Of a stretch of DNA of 64,000 nucleotides, positions 31,276 to 41,292 are shown in pieces. The notes beneath the pieces were generated by a model. The model was not told the origin of the DNA. It did no database searches and worked only from the letters and a program-made list of their open reading frames with translations. Position 1 is the first letter of the stretch. Each line of letters starts with the position of its first letter. Both the position numbers and the translations under genes were made by a program. Origin of the DNA: Planctomycetota bacterium (lineage in GTDB: Bacteria; Planctomycetota; UBA8108; SXIK01); NCBI GenBank assembly GCA_965223845.1, contig CBDCXR010000004.1:160001-224000 (forward strand). The letters run 5' to 3'.

Positions 31276-31328
31276 GGGGGTAAAAGGAAGCGCCACCGGT
31301 AGAGCGTCCACCTTTTCCCCCTTTTTTT
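31276..31328 (+). terminator. Rho-independent terminator-like stem plus T7
   Basis: GGGGGTAAAAGG (31276-87) pairs with CCTTTTCCCCC (31311-21), followed by TTTTTTT. Confidence 0.6.
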
Positions 31329-31652
31329 ATGTCCGTCACGGATCGCGGGGGCGGCGCTTTCCCTTCCTCGCCTCGACGAGCGCGAACGCTGACGGCGGCC
31401 GCAACTCGCACCGCTGCGCCGAAGACGGCGCGGCCCGAGAGCTCGACCGTTGTCGTTCGAATCGACGCGCGGCGAGCTCGTCGAGATCGAGTTCCGGTTG
31501 CGATAACGGACGGACGCCCCAAGCTAGGGGGTGACGTCGAGGAGCCTCGCTCGTCGGCGCGCGGAGCGCGGGAGGAGGCCGGAGAACGAGCTAGGCGAAG
31601 GAGTAGGAAAGACGGCCCGACCGAAACCGCTCCGCCAAGGAACCGCTCCACG

Positions 31653-31687
31653 AAAAACGGGACCTGCGACGCTCGTTGCAGGTCCCG
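31653..31687 (-). terminator. Rho-independent terminator of tRNA-Met
   Basis: Stem CGGGACCTGC/GCAGGTCCCG followed by TTTTT on the minus strand, 8 nt after the tRNA CCA end. Confidence 0.85.
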
Positions 31688-31695
31688 ATCGTACT

Positions 31696-31772
31696 TGGTA
31701 GCGGCGGGCAGACTTGAACTGCCGACCTGCGGGTTATGAATCCGCCGCTCTAGCCAGCTGAGCTACACCGCC
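31696..31772 (-). tRNA. tRNA-Met (CAT), elongator type
   Basis: GGCGGTGTAGCTCAGCTGGCTAGAGCGGCGGATTCATAACCCGCAGGTCGGCAGTTCAAGTCTGCCCGCCGCTACCA. G1-C72 is paired, so it is not an initiator; CCA is encoded. Confidence 0.93.
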
Positions 31773-31796
31773 ACGACTCGCTGAGGAGGTGGCCCG

Positions 31797-31824
31797 AATA
31801 TACCACGATGGCGACGATTTCCAA
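31797..31824 (-). promoter_or_regulatory. Sigma70-like promoter of tRNA-Met (TTGGAA-N16-TATATT, with TG extension)
   Basis: Read directly on the minus strand ~25 nt upstream of the tRNA. Confidence 0.55.
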
Positions 31825-32620
31825 GCGCGAGAGAACGTCGTGGCTTCGCCGCTCGACGGTGCGCGAGGCAAGGACGCGACTCGCAAAGATTCCGGGCGTT
31901 CTTCTCGATGTCTTCGCTCCACCGTTCTGCCGAGGGTGCGGGGTGCCGACCGCCTCGGCTCGCGCCGCATACTGCGCCGGCTGTCGCGCCGACGTCGAGT
32001 GGATCGGCCACGGCTGCGCGCGCTGCGGTGCGCCGATCGCGCGCGCGGATCGATCATCTCGGTACGGCTCGTTCGCTCGTCTCCTCGGCTGCGCCGACTG
32101 CCGGACGCGAGCCGGGTTCGCCCGTGCGGCATCGGGCGCCCTGTACTCGGGTACCGTCCGTCACGCCGTGCTTCGCTTCAAGTATCGCGGCGATCGAGGT
32201 GTCCTTCCGTTCCTCGCTGAGGTCGCGAGCCGAGCCGCCGAGCGCCCATGGGTCCGGTCCGCGGTGAGCGAGGCGGCGGGCGTCGTTCCGGTCCCGCAGC
32301 ACTGGACGCGCTCCATCGGACGGGGGTGGAATCCCGCGCAGGAGGTCGCGGAACGCCTCGCGGCGAATCTCGACCTTCCCGTGACCGAGCTCGTACGCAA
32401 GGTGCGGCGAACGCAGCCCCAGTCGGCGCTCACCGGCTCGGCTCGGCGAACGAACCTTCTCCGCGCGTTCGCAGTCCCTTCGGGGCGGAAGGTTCCGCGG
32501 TGCGTTCTCCTGTTCGACGACGTCTACACCACGGGGACGACGGTAGCTCAGTGCGCGCTCGCACTTCGGCGTGCGGGGGCTCAGTCGGTCGTAGTGATTA
32601 CGATCGCGCGGAGTCTCTAG
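31808..32620 (+). CDS. comF: ComF family protein (double zinc ribbon plus PRTase)
   Basis: CRGC, CAGC, CARC and CADC; VPVP.H; RGWN; LFDDVYTTGTT. True start may be GTG 31859. Confidence 0.92.
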   Translation: MATISKRERTSWLRRSTVREARTRLAKIPGVLLDVFAPPFCRGCGVPTASARAAYCAGCRADVEWIGHGCARCGAPIARADRSSRYGSFARLLGCADCRTRAGFARAASGALYSGTVRHAVLRFKYRGDRGVLPFLAEVASRAAERPWVRSAVSEAAGVVPVPQHWTRSIGRGWNPAQEVAERLAANLDLPVTELVRKVRRTQPQSALTGSARRTNLLRAFAVPSGRKVPRCVLLFDDVYTTGTTVAQCALALRRAGAQSVVVITIARSL

Positions 32621-32781
32621 AGAGAGTGGCAGCGCTACGCTCCATTCTTGAAACAGAGAGGAGGTGCACCCGAAGAGCAAGCGGGAAGCGAGACGAGTCG
32701 ACTGAGTCGAATCCAGATGCGTCGCCGCGGAGGTCGATCCGGCCACTGTTTTCTCGCTCCTCGAGCGGTCGAAGGGGGCGA

Positions 32782-33354
32782 TCAGGCCCGCGGGTGATCG
32801 TCCAGCTCGTCGAGGAGATCTCTTCGCGCGGCGAGAAAGTACTCATGGTAGGTGGTCGCGCGAAAGTCGGGGTACGTCCACGGGACGGGGTCGAACGCCC
32901 CGTGCCGATAGATGAGGGTGATCTCTTCCCAGATCCCGTCGCCGCGGTAGATGCGGTGCGCGTAGTCCTTCGTACTCGCGAGAATCACGCGACAGTCGTT
33001 GAGTAGACCGGGATCGATGTTGATCGGTCGCTCGACGTCGAAGGAGCCGCGCGCGGCGATCTCTGCTTCGAGTCGCACGGTTTCGGCTTTCACCGCGGCG
33101 AGGCAGGTTTGTGGTTTCAGCTCGTCGAGGAGAAAGAACTGACGGCGGAGATTCGTTCCCATCGTTCGGTCGTACGTTCGCGTCGACGGAAACGTGTAGA
33201 CGGGGCTCGTGCCGCGTTCGTGGAGGGGGCCGAACCGCTCTACGATCAGTGTGCGTGCGGTGTCGAGAAGTTCGCTCGCTCCGCTGAAGACGCCGAAGAA
33301 GAGGCGCGCAGGGCGAGCCTCCCTCAGCGCGTTCGCGTTCTCCGGCATCCTCAC
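32782..33354 (-). CDS. DUF4416 family protein
   Basis: T.TY..TMG.NL.RQF, RPINIDPGLL, LASTKDYAHRIY, GIWEEITL and PWTYPDF. Confidence 0.88.
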   Translation of the reverse strand: MRMPENANALREARPARLFFGVFSGASELLDTARTLIVERFGPLHERGTSPVYTFPSTRTYDRTMGTNLRRQFFLLDELKPQTCLAAVKAETVRLEAEIAARGSFDVERPINIDPGLLNDCRVILASTKDYAHRIYRGDGIWEEITLIYRHGAFDPVPWTYPDFRATTYHEYFLAARRDLLDELDDHPRA

Positions 33355-33369
33355 GGTGCCTCGCTCGAC

Positions 33370-33729
33370 TCAGCGCCCTCGACGGTCGCTCGCCGGTGGC
33401 CGGCAGGTTTCGATCTCGAAGCCGAGACCGTGCTCGGACTCGACCGCGTAACCGGTTCCGATCGTCCGGCCGCCGATCTCGAGCTCGAGCGGGCGATCGT
33501 GTCGCTGGGGAAACACGACCATCGCGCCGGGACCGAGATCGAGAATATTCGCGAGCGACATTCGGCGCTCGGCGAGCCTCACGGTGACGTCGACTTCGAC
33601 GGAGGTGAGTCGGTCGGGCTCGAGTCCCTCTCGTCCCGGACGGTCCGGGCCTCGAGAAAGACGAGCGGGACCCGGCTGGGCGCCCCCTTGATCGTCGGCC
33701 GTCCGTTGCTCGCTCGGCTCGTGCGTCAT
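33370..33729 (-). CDS. FliM/FliN C-terminal (SPOA) domain protein, orphan
   Basis: VEVDVTVRLAERRMSLANILDLGPGAMV.F....DRPLELEIGGRTIG.GYAV.....GFEI. Confidence 0.8.
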   Translation of the reverse strand: MTHEPSEQRTADDQGGAQPGPARLSRGPDRPGREGLEPDRLTSVEVDVTVRLAERRMSLANILDLGPGAMVVFPQRHDRPLELEIGGRTIGTGYAVESEHGLGFEIETCRPPASDRRGR

Positions 33730-33942
33730 CCGGCTTCTCCGCGGTTCTCTGTTCACACTTCTCTTCGATCGCGCCCGCTCGGGCCCGATCCCGCGCGGCG
33801 ACTCGACCGCCGGGTGCTCCGTGGGAAGAACGTACCGCACTCGGCCCTGCGAATTCTACCTCTTCAGGCGTACCGAGGAATTCCGAGTCGCCCCGCTCCC
33901 GCGCTCCGTTCGAATCCGCGCACTGGAAACGCCCGGCCGCGG

Positions 33943-33970
33943 TTGACGCGATCCGCGCGCGACTTACAAT
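33943..33970 (+). promoter_or_regulatory. Sigma70 promoter of gatCAB (TTGACG-N16-TACAAT)
   Basis: Near-consensus hexamers ending 38 nt upstream of the gatC ATG. Confidence 0.65.
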
Positions 33971-34007
33971 CCTCGTTTCTTTTGGTGTCCCTCTCCGAAG
34001 TGCCCTC

Positions 34008-34322
34008 ATGAAGCCGCAAATCACCGACGAACTCATCGCCGAGATCGCGCGCCTCGCGCGGCTCGCTCCCTCCGCCGAGGAGTTGGCTGCGCTGCGCACT
34101 CATTTCGAGAAGGTGCTCGCGTTCGTCGAGTCGCTCGAGTCGCTCGAAACGAGCGGAGTCGATCCGAGCCATTTCGCGCGGGAGGCCTTCAATCGACAGC
34201 GAGACGACGACGTCCGCGAGTCGCTTCCGATCGGCGACGTTCTTCGCAATGCGCCCGCGGCGCGATCGCCCTTCTTCGCGGTGCCGCGAATCCTCGGCGA
34301 ACCGGGCGCGGGAGGGGCGTGA
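34008..34322 (+). CDS. gatC: Asp/Glu-tRNA amidotransferase subunit C
   Basis: IARLARL...LRNAP....FFAVPRIL; lies directly upstream of gatA. Confidence 0.93.
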   Translation: MKPQITDELIAEIARLARLAPSAEELAALRTHFEKVLAFVESLESLETSGVDPSHFAREAFNRQRDDDVRESLPIGDVLRNAPAARSPFFAVPRILGEPGAGGA

Positions 34323-35788
34323 ACATGGCGAAAAGTGTTTCGGAGATCGCGTCGTCGGTGCGCGCCGGCGACGCGAAGGCGATCGATACGGTTGCCACCG
34401 CTCTCTCGCAGCTCAAGGCCGTCCAGCCCGAGCTTCTGGCGCTCGGGGACGTTTCCGAGTCGAGCGCGCTCGCTGCGGCGGAACGAGTCGACGAACGCGT
34501 CGCCCGCGGCGAAGATCTCCCGCTAGCGGGTGTCGCGTTCACCGCCAAGGGAAACATCTGTACGACGGCCGGAACGACGACGGCGGGCAGCCGAATCCTC
34601 GCCGGCCATGAGTCACCCTACGCCGCGACCGCCGTCGCGCGGCTCGAGAGCGCCGGCGCGGTCTGTGTCGGCAAGACCAACCTCGATGAGTTCGGCATGG
34701 GCTCGTCTACGGAGAACTCGGCTTACGAGGTCGTCCGCAATCCCTGGCGTACCGAGTGCGTGCCGGGGGGGTCGAGTGGGGGAGCCGCCGCACTGGCGGC
34801 CGCGACGCGTGGAATGATCCATCTCGGCTCGGACACCGGCGGCTCGATTCGCCAACCGGCATCGTACTGCGGAGTGACGGGATTTAAGCCGACCTACGGT
34901 CGCGTTTCGCGCTACGGCCTGCTCGCGTTCGGGAGTTCGCTCGACCAGATCGGCTGCTTGCAAGCGACGGCGAGCGAGTGCGCGCGCGTGCTGTCGGTGA
35001 TCGGCGGACACGATCCGATGGATTCGACGACGTCCGCTCGAGCGCTTGCGACCGAGCCGCTCTCGAGCCTCAAGGAGAGTGTCGACGGACTCCGGGTCGG
35101 CGTCGCGCCCGATTTGTTTCCGCCGGGGATCGACGCCGGCGTCGAAGAGCACGTTCGGGCGGGCGTGGAGCACCTTCGAGGTCTCGGCGCGGAGGTCGTC
35201 GAAGTGGAGATCCCGCACGCCGAGTACGCCAATCCGGTGTACGTCCTCATCTCGGCCGCGGAGGCGAGCTCGAATCTCGCTCGTTACGATGGCGTTCACT
35301 ACGGTCACCGTGCGTCCGATGCGGACGATCTTCTCGACCTCTACGCCCGCAGTCGCTCGGAGGGCTTTGGTGCGGAGGTTCAGCGCCGGATCATGATCGG
35401 AACCTTCGTCCTCAGCGCCGGCTACTACGACGCGTTCTACAACAAGGCCTGCCGAGTGCGGACGCTCCTCCGACGGGATTTCGAGGCCGCGTTCGAGCGC
35501 GTCGACGTCATCGCCTGTCCCACGTCTCCCGTGCCGGCGTTTGCACTCGGCGAGCGGCTTTCCGATCCGCTCGCGCTCTACGCCGTCGACGTCCTCACCG
35601 TGCCCGCCAATCTCGCCGGCATTCCCGGGGTCTCGATCCCGTGCGGCTTCACGCCGGAGGGCCTCCCGATCGGCCTTCAGCTCCTTGGGCGGCAGTTCGA
35701 GGACGATGTCGTTCTCTCGGTAGCGCACACCTACCAGCAATCGACCGATTGGCACGAGCGACCGCCACCCGTGAACGCCTGGAGCTAA
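34319..35788 (+). CDS. gatA: Asp/Glu-tRNA amidotransferase subunit A
   Basis: GKTNLDEFGMGSSTENS, PGGSSGG, GSDTGGSIRQPA and EASSNLARYDGV. Start is GTG 34319 or ATG 34325. Confidence 0.97.
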   Translation: MNMAKSVSEIASSVRAGDAKAIDTVATALSQLKAVQPELLALGDVSESSALAAAERVDERVARGEDLPLAGVAFTAKGNICTTAGTTTAGSRILAGHESPYAATAVARLESAGAVCVGKTNLDEFGMGSSTENSAYEVVRNPWRTECVPGGSSGGAAALAAATRGMIHLGSDTGGSIRQPASYCGVTGFKPTYGRVSRYGLLAFGSSLDQIGCLQATASECARVLSVIGGHDPMDSTTSARALATEPLSSLKESVDGLRVGVAPDLFPPGIDAGVEEHVRAGVEHLRGLGAEVVEVEIPHAEYANPVYVLISAAEASSNLARYDGVHYGHRASDADDLLDLYARSRSEGFGAEVQRRIMIGTFVLSAGYYDAFYNKACRVRTLLRRDFEAAFERVDVIACPTSPVPAFALGERLSDPLALYAVDVLTVPANLAGIPGVSIPCGFTPEGLPIGLQLLGRQFEDDVVLSVAHTYQQSTDWHERPPPVNAWS

Positions 35789-35803
35789 GGGAGAAGTAAC
35801 GCG

Positions 35804-37291
35804 ATGGCAACGCGAGTGCTCGATCCGACCGAGGGAACGCCGTACGAGTCGGTGATCGGGCTCGAGGTCCACGTCCAGCTCGCCACCGAGACGAAGATGT
35901 TCTGCGGCTGCCGGAACCGCTTCGGCGCTGAGCCCAACAGCCAGACCTGTCCCGTATGCCTCGCGCTCCCCGGCGCGCTCCCCGTCATGAATCGGCGCGC
36001 GATCGAGTGGAGTGTGGCCGCCGGGCTCGCGTGTGGCTGCGACATCGCGACACGCACGAAGTTCGACCGGAAGAATTACTTCTATCCCGATCTCCCGAAG
36101 GGCTACCAGATCTCGCAGTTCGATCAGCCGCTTTGCTCGGGCGGCGGATTCGAGATTTCAACGGAGCCGGAAGGCGACGGCGACGGGAAGACGAAGTGGA
36201 TTCGGCTCACTCGAATTCACCTCGAAGAAGACGCCGGAAAGAACACGCACGTCGAAGGTCAGCCCGAGAGCCTCGTCGATCTCAATCGCTGTGGAGTTCC
36301 ACTCCTCGAGTTCGTCACCGAGCCCGACCTCCGGACGGCTGAGGAGGCGAGCGCCCTCCTGCGGCAGCTCCGCCTCACGATGCTCTACGCCGGAGTTTCG
36401 GACTGCAACATGGAAGAGGGATCGCTTCGCTGCGACGTCAACGTGTCGATTCGGCCGCGCGGGAGCGCGGATCTCGAAACGCGATGCGAGATCAAGAACT
36501 TGAACTCGTTCACCAACGTCGAGCAGGCGATCGTGCACGAGATTCGCCGGCAGATCAAAGTGAAGAGCGCCGGCGGCGAGATCGTCCAGGAGACGCGTCT
36601 CTTCGATCCGAATCGCGGCGAAACGCGCGGAATGCGTGGAAAAGAGGAGGCACACGACTACCGCTACTTTCCCGAGCCCGATCTGCCTCCGCTCGAGCTC
36701 GATCCGGCGTGGATCGAGGACATCCGGAGCGGCCTGCCGGAGCTTCCGCGCGCGCGTCTCGAGCGGCTCACTTCCGAGCTCGGCCTCGCGCTCTACCACG
36801 CCGAGATCATCGTTCGCGATCCCGGACTCGCGCGGTACCTCGACGCCTGTGTCGTTCTTTTTCCCGACGCGAAGGAAATCGGCAACTGGCTCGTGACGAC
36901 GGTCCAGGAGGAGATGAACGCTCGCGGAGTCGATATCGACGGTCTCGGGATCGATCCGGAGCGATTCGTCGAACTCGTCGCGGCGGTCGCGGACGAACGG
37001 GTGAGTCGACAGAAGTCGAAGGACGTGTTCCGCGCGATGCTCGGGAACGAGAAGACCGTAGACGGCCTCATCGCTGAGCTCGGCCTCGCGCAGGTGAGCG
37101 ACGACGGATTCCTCCGGGACGCGATCACCGAAGTCTTCTCCGAGCAGCCGAAAGCGCTCGCCGATGTTCGCGCGGGAAAGAAAAACTCGGTCAACTTCAT
37201 CGTCGGCCAGGTGATGCGGAAGACGAAGGGGAAGGCGAATCCCGGCAAGGTCGCGCAACTCATCGAAGAGCTAGCGGGCGAGAGTTCCTGA
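35804..37291 (+). CDS. gatB: Asp/Glu-tRNA amidotransferase subunit B
   Basis: VIGLEVHVQL, FDRKNYFYPDLPKGYQISQ, HLEEDAGK, EIKNLNSF and DYRYFPEPDL. Confidence 0.98.
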   Translation: MATRVLDPTEGTPYESVIGLEVHVQLATETKMFCGCRNRFGAEPNSQTCPVCLALPGALPVMNRRAIEWSVAAGLACGCDIATRTKFDRKNYFYPDLPKGYQISQFDQPLCSGGGFEISTEPEGDGDGKTKWIRLTRIHLEEDAGKNTHVEGQPESLVDLNRCGVPLLEFVTEPDLRTAEEASALLRQLRLTMLYAGVSDCNMEEGSLRCDVNVSIRPRGSADLETRCEIKNLNSFTNVEQAIVHEIRRQIKVKSAGGEIVQETRLFDPNRGETRGMRGKEEAHDYRYFPEPDLPPLELDPAWIEDIRSGLPELPRARLERLTSELGLALYHAEIIVRDPGLARYLDACVVLFPDAKEIGNWLVTTVQEEMNARGVDIDGLGIDPERFVELVAAVADERVSRQKSKDVFRAMLGNEKTVDGLIAELGLAQVSDDGFLRDAITEVFSEQPKALADVRAGKKNSVNFIVGQVMRKTKGKANPGKVAQLIEELAGESS

Positions 37292-37424
37292 GTTGGAGCC
37301 GCACGCGACCCTGTCTCCGAATGGCGGGTTCGTGCCGGTTGCTTCGACGCGAGGACGCACGCGATCTAGCCCGGTCTTGCGGGCACGACTTTCCGCCGGT
37401 CTCAGACCGTGACGAGGACCGTCC

Positions 37425-40400
37425 CTAGTCCTCGAAGGTCCGCAGGATCGTGAACCGTTCGCGAGTGACGATCGCCGTCCACTCTTTGGTTCCCGTGACG
37501 TACGTGACTTCGCCCTTGATTCGGACTGTCCACGAGACGTCGCGCGATTTCGGGTCGAGGAAGACGAGGACGTGGTCTTGCGGCGGGCTCGCCTTTGCGA
37601 CGCCGGAGCGACCGGGGTGGCGACGGGCGGTCGGTTCTCGTCGAACGACGGCGATCCAATCCGGTACGGCGTCGAGTCGCGTGACCGTTCCGCGCGGCGG
37701 GAAGAGCGGCGCGAGCCGAGGCATGAGCGACTCGAACGCGGGCTTCGCGCCGACGGACCCGGCGAGTGACAGGGCGCGCAGACCGTGCTCACCCGACCAC
37801 GCGACCAAGGTCCCCGAGGGCTGGTGAACGCACAGCAAAGACGGGGCGGGAATCGTCCCGACTCGGCGGTATGAGTTCGCGTCGTCTCCGCCCGGCCGGA
37901 GAACGTGAAGCGATGAGCCGTCGCCGGCGAGGATCGTTTCTCCCGATTCGATGAGGATCTCGACGGGGCGATCGCCGGTCGGCGCCGCCCATTCGACGAA
38001 GGAGCGTCGTCCGATGTTGAACGCACGCACGTAGCCGTCGCTGCTGCCGACGAGGAGGCCGTGGTTTTCGGGACGCGCGCGGAGGATGGTAGGGACCATC
38101 GCGCTCGAGTGCTGGAAGTGGGGCCGGATTCCTCCGCGCGTCAGCTCTTCGAGTCGGCCGTCGGAGCCGAAGAGAACGAGGGGCGGCTTGCGGAGCGCGA
38201 GGACGTTGGAGGAGATCAGACGCGTGGGCTTGTGGACTTGGTCCGGAGTCGCGCGCAGGGCGCCCGTCGTCCGGGCCCACACGCGAAGGAACCCGTCGCT
38301 CCAGCGCGTGATGACAGACGCCGCCGTGATGACCGGCGCGTCGATGATGACGACTCCGCCGCGCTCGACCGGTTGGCTCGCTGACCGGTTTCCCGACTCC
38401 AGGTGAAAGCGATGGAGGCGCCCACTGTCGCCGCCCCAGTACACCCACGAATCGTAGATCGTCGGCGGTGAGCTCGCCGGGTCGTCGCTGAGATCGACCG
38501 TGCGATCGTCGCCCGAAGTCTCGATCTTGCGCTCGAGGTGCACGCGCCGCAAAGGCGAGCGAGCACGGAGCTGCTCGGTGGCGACGACGAGGATGTTCTC
38601 CGCGGGGTGAAAACCGGCTCGCTCCAGACGGATCTCCTTCGCGCTGTCGATCGGGATCGCGAGGGCGAGCGGCGTGCGGCCGATTGCCGGGGAGTTGTCG
38701 CCTCGTTCTCGGTCGAAGACGAACGCTCCGCTCGGAACGGAGTCGACCAGGACGGGGAGCGTGATCGCGCGCGCTTCCGGCGAGCGGGGGTAGCGTTCGG
38801 CGAGGACCGCGTACGCGCGGAACGACTCGGCGTGCTGGCCGGACTCTTCGAGTGCCGCCGCCTTCGCCGCGAGCGCCTTTGCCGAGAGGGTGCTCGGGTG
38901 CTCGAGGCGAGCGACGATGCTCTCGGCCTCGACTCGCACCGGATCGTCCTCCGGAAGCTCGCGGAGGCGCGCGACCGTCGCCTCGACGGCGGTGAGATCG
39001 CCGTGCTCGGCGGACGCTTTACGAATTCGATGGAGATCTCGCTTCTTTCGATCCTCTCGAGCTTCGATGAGCGCCTCGGCCGACCCCGAGGCCCAGCGCC
39101 GAAATCGCTGGGCTTGGAGCGCGCAGAGGCTTGCCGGATGACTCCCGACGAACTCGTCGTATGCGCGAACGAGACCCTGAAACCAGGCCTCGCGCGACTC
39201 GGGTATGACGACGAGCGAACTTCCTTCCTCGGGCCGAAGCTCGGCGAGGAGCGCCGCTTCGTCGACTGCCGGCGGTTCGAATGCGAACGCCGCGAGGCCG
39301 TGATGTCGCTGAATGTTGTGCCAGAGCACGAAGGACCAGGCCTGGTACGCGACGACGACCGCGAGGAGCGTGGTGATCGCGAGACGCCGGCGGCGACGCG
39401 GTCGGCGCTCGCCGTGTTGCGCGAGCTTTCGCCGCAGGCTTCGGGTCTCGCTCCGCGAACCGTTCAATCGCTTGATCTTGCTGAGGAGCTCCTCGCCTTT
39501 CTCGCGTTGCCCGTTGGCGAGATAAATCTGTGCCAGCTCGCCCATCTGCTTCGCCGCTTCCTGTTCGCGGCCGAAGTCGAGCAGGAGGTTCGCGAGCGTG
39601 GTTCGGTGCGCGACGGCATCGGGCTGCGCCGCGATCGTGTGCTCGAGAAAGCAGACGGCGGCATCGGCAGTACCGGTTCGGCGTGCGTTCGCGGCGAGCT
39701 CGTCGCAGAGGCGGCTGAGGTGAGATAGGTTTCGCGTCCGCGTGAGTAACTGGATCAGTTGATCGGCGAGGGCGGGATCGTCCGGGCGCAGCTTCAGGGC
39801 ACCCTCGAACAGGTTGACTGCCTGTTCGACGTTTCCGGCTTTGAGCTCATCGTTCGCAGCTCCGACGTAGATCTTCGTGATCTTGTCGGTGAGAAGCACC
39901 TCTCCCGGCTTGAGCGTAAGCGCGCGCTGATACGCGCGGACGGCCTTGCTGGGCTTTCGGGTCTGGAAGAGCGTGTCGCCGATGAAGTTGTACTGGAGAA
40001 CTGCATCCTCGATCATGCCCACTCGTTCGTAGATCACCGCGAGTCGTTCGCGGGCGGCGAGCTCGTCGACGCCGTACTTGATCGCGTTCTTGAAGTGGGG
40101 GAGGACGCGCTCGGCGTCTGCGCGAGTAATATTCGTCGTCGAGACGCCGCGGAGCTCGGGGTGGAGCGTCTTCTTGAGAAAGCCCTGTTCGAGACATTCG
40201 AAGACGCAGCGCAGAACGACGATCTCGTAGAGAAACGACGCCGACGCCACCGTGCTGAAGTCGCGGAAGCCGTCGATCATCGTCAGAACGTGGTGGAGGA
40301 CGTAGTCGTCGCTGTGCACCTGCTTGTAGGCCATGCCCTTTTCGGTGACGACGAACACTTCCTCTTCGGACGGGATGAGGCTGCGGTACTGCGCGATGAG

Positions 40401-40871
40401 CCGAGTGCGCTGCTCGAGGTCCGCGAGTGCCGTTTCGATCGGGACCGAGATCCGCGAGTTGATCGTTTCGAACTGGAGGAGAAACTCCGGAACGCGGCCC
40501 TCCTGGAAATGGAAGGAGTCCGAGCTCTGCGTGAAGAGATCTGCGATCTCGTCGCGGATCTGCGCGCCGGCGAGTAGGTCGAGCTCGTCGTCGTCGACGA
40601 TTCCTTGCTCGTGGAGCACCGCGGGCAACAGGTGGTGCTGAAGGTCCGTGCTCGAGATCAGCGCCTCGAGCGACGGGACGTCGATCTTGCTCCACAGCGA
40701 GTCCAGGCCGACGAGAGCCGGGAAGGCGATCTTCCCCGAGAATTCGTTCCCGACGAGATAGAGCGCGTTTCGGTCGAAGAAGATCTCCCGGAAGCGCTTG
40801 CTGCGTCCTAGGGTGAGCGTGCCGACGCTCTGCTTTTCGAGCTGACGGGCGAGGAGTTTGTGCAGTTCCAT
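37425..40871 (-). CDS. DUF4388-like, TPR, TM, PEGA and PQQ-like beta-propeller protein
   Basis: N-terminal QSVGTLTL...EIFF; TPRs; TM after an Arg-rich stretch; VDSVPSGA...IGRTP (PEGA); GGDSGRL and GSSDGYV propeller blades. ATG at 40871. Confidence 0.8.
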   Translation of the reverse strand: MELHKLLARQLEKQSVGTLTLGRSKRFREIFFDRNALYLVGNEFSGKIAFPALVGLDSLWSKIDVPSLEALISSTDLQHHLLPAVLHEQGIVDDDELDLLAGAQIRDEIADLFTQSSDSFHFQEGRVPEFLLQFETINSRISVPIETALADLEQRTRLIAQYRSLIPSEEEVFVVTEKGMAYKQVHSDDYVLHHVLTMIDGFRDFSTVASASFLYEIVVLRCVFECLEQGFLKKTLHPELRGVSTTNITRADAERVLPHFKNAIKYGVDELAARERLAVIYERVGMIEDAVLQYNFIGDTLFQTRKPSKAVRAYQRALTLKPGEVLLTDKITKIYVGAANDELKAGNVEQAVNLFEGALKLRPDDPALADQLIQLLTRTRNLSHLSRLCDELAANARRTGTADAAVCFLEHTIAAQPDAVAHRTTLANLLLDFGREQEAAKQMGELAQIYLANGQREKGEELLSKIKRLNGSRSETRSLRRKLAQHGERRPRRRRRLAITTLLAVVVAYQAWSFVLWHNIQRHHGLAAFAFEPPAVDEAALLAELRPEEGSSLVVIPESREAWFQGLVRAYDEFVGSHPASLCALQAQRFRRWASGSAEALIEAREDRKKRDLHRIRKASAEHGDLTAVEATVARLRELPEDDPVRVEAESIVARLEHPSTLSAKALAAKAAALEESGQHAESFRAYAVLAERYPRSPEARAITLPVLVDSVPSGAFVFDRERGDNSPAIGRTPLALAIPIDSAKEIRLERAGFHPAENILVVATEQLRARSPLRRVHLERKIETSGDDRTVDLSDDPASSPPTIYDSWVYWGGDSGRLHRFHLESGNRSASQPVERGGVVIIDAPVITAASVITRWSDGFLRVWARTTGALRATPDQVHKPTRLISSNVLALRKPPLVLFGSDGRLEELTRGGIRPHFQHSSAMVPTILRARPENHGLLVGSSDGYVRAFNIGRRSFVEWAAPTGDRPVEILIESGETILAGDGSSLHVLRPGGDDANSYRRVGTIPAPSLLCVHQPSGTLVAWSGEHGLRALSLAGSVGAKPAFESLMPRLAPLFPPRGTVTRLDAVPDWIAVVRREPTARRHPGRSGVAKASPPQDHVLVFLDPKSRDVSWTVRIKGEVTYVTGTKEWTAIVTRERFTILRTFED

Positions 40872-41292
40872 ACGTTCGGCGCTCGACCTCTGAGCGGAGT
40901 TCGCAGACGCGTCGGGCAGGACCGAAAATGCGTCATCGGACGCCGGCCGGCACCGCCAACGAAGAATAGGACATTCTCGAGATCCTGCCAAAGCAGGCAG
41001 GGACCGCGGAACTTGCGCCCCGCGCTTCGCTTGGTGCGCAGCAGAATCGGTGGTTTACCGGACTGCTCGCTCGTCGATCGGTGCCTCCACCGCCGCGCGA
41101 AGCGAGCGCGCGGGAGTGACCCGCGGTAGAATCCAGCCCGGTGTTCCGGTTAAGCTAAAGATGGTGAGGGCGCGACGTTCAGGCCGTCCGCTGATGCGAA
41201 GCGACGCGGCTGTGGCCGTCTCTGAACCTCACTCGCTCCGACCTTGGACGCGACCTGCCACTCTTCCCTCTTCTTCTCTCGCGCACCGCATC

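Noticed and set aside
31230-31312. SRP RNA, tRNA or tmRNA identity for the GGACGCT...AGCGTCC-ACC element
   Set aside because: There is no T-loop (TTCRA), no anticodon arm and no CAGG-nnn-GNRA-nn-AGCA SRP motif. It is kept only as an unassigned structure.
34540-34560. GatA motif variant AKGNI instead of KDNI
   Set aside because: The catalytic Lys and both Ser motifs are intact, so a single substitution is not enough to claim altered function.
41050-41292. Long N-terminal extensions in the ORF track (also 10808, 17522, 22553, 40991, 44342, 44805, 50406)
   Set aside because: These are artefacts of longest-ORF calling. Downstream starts fit RBS positions, signal peptides or family N-termini better.
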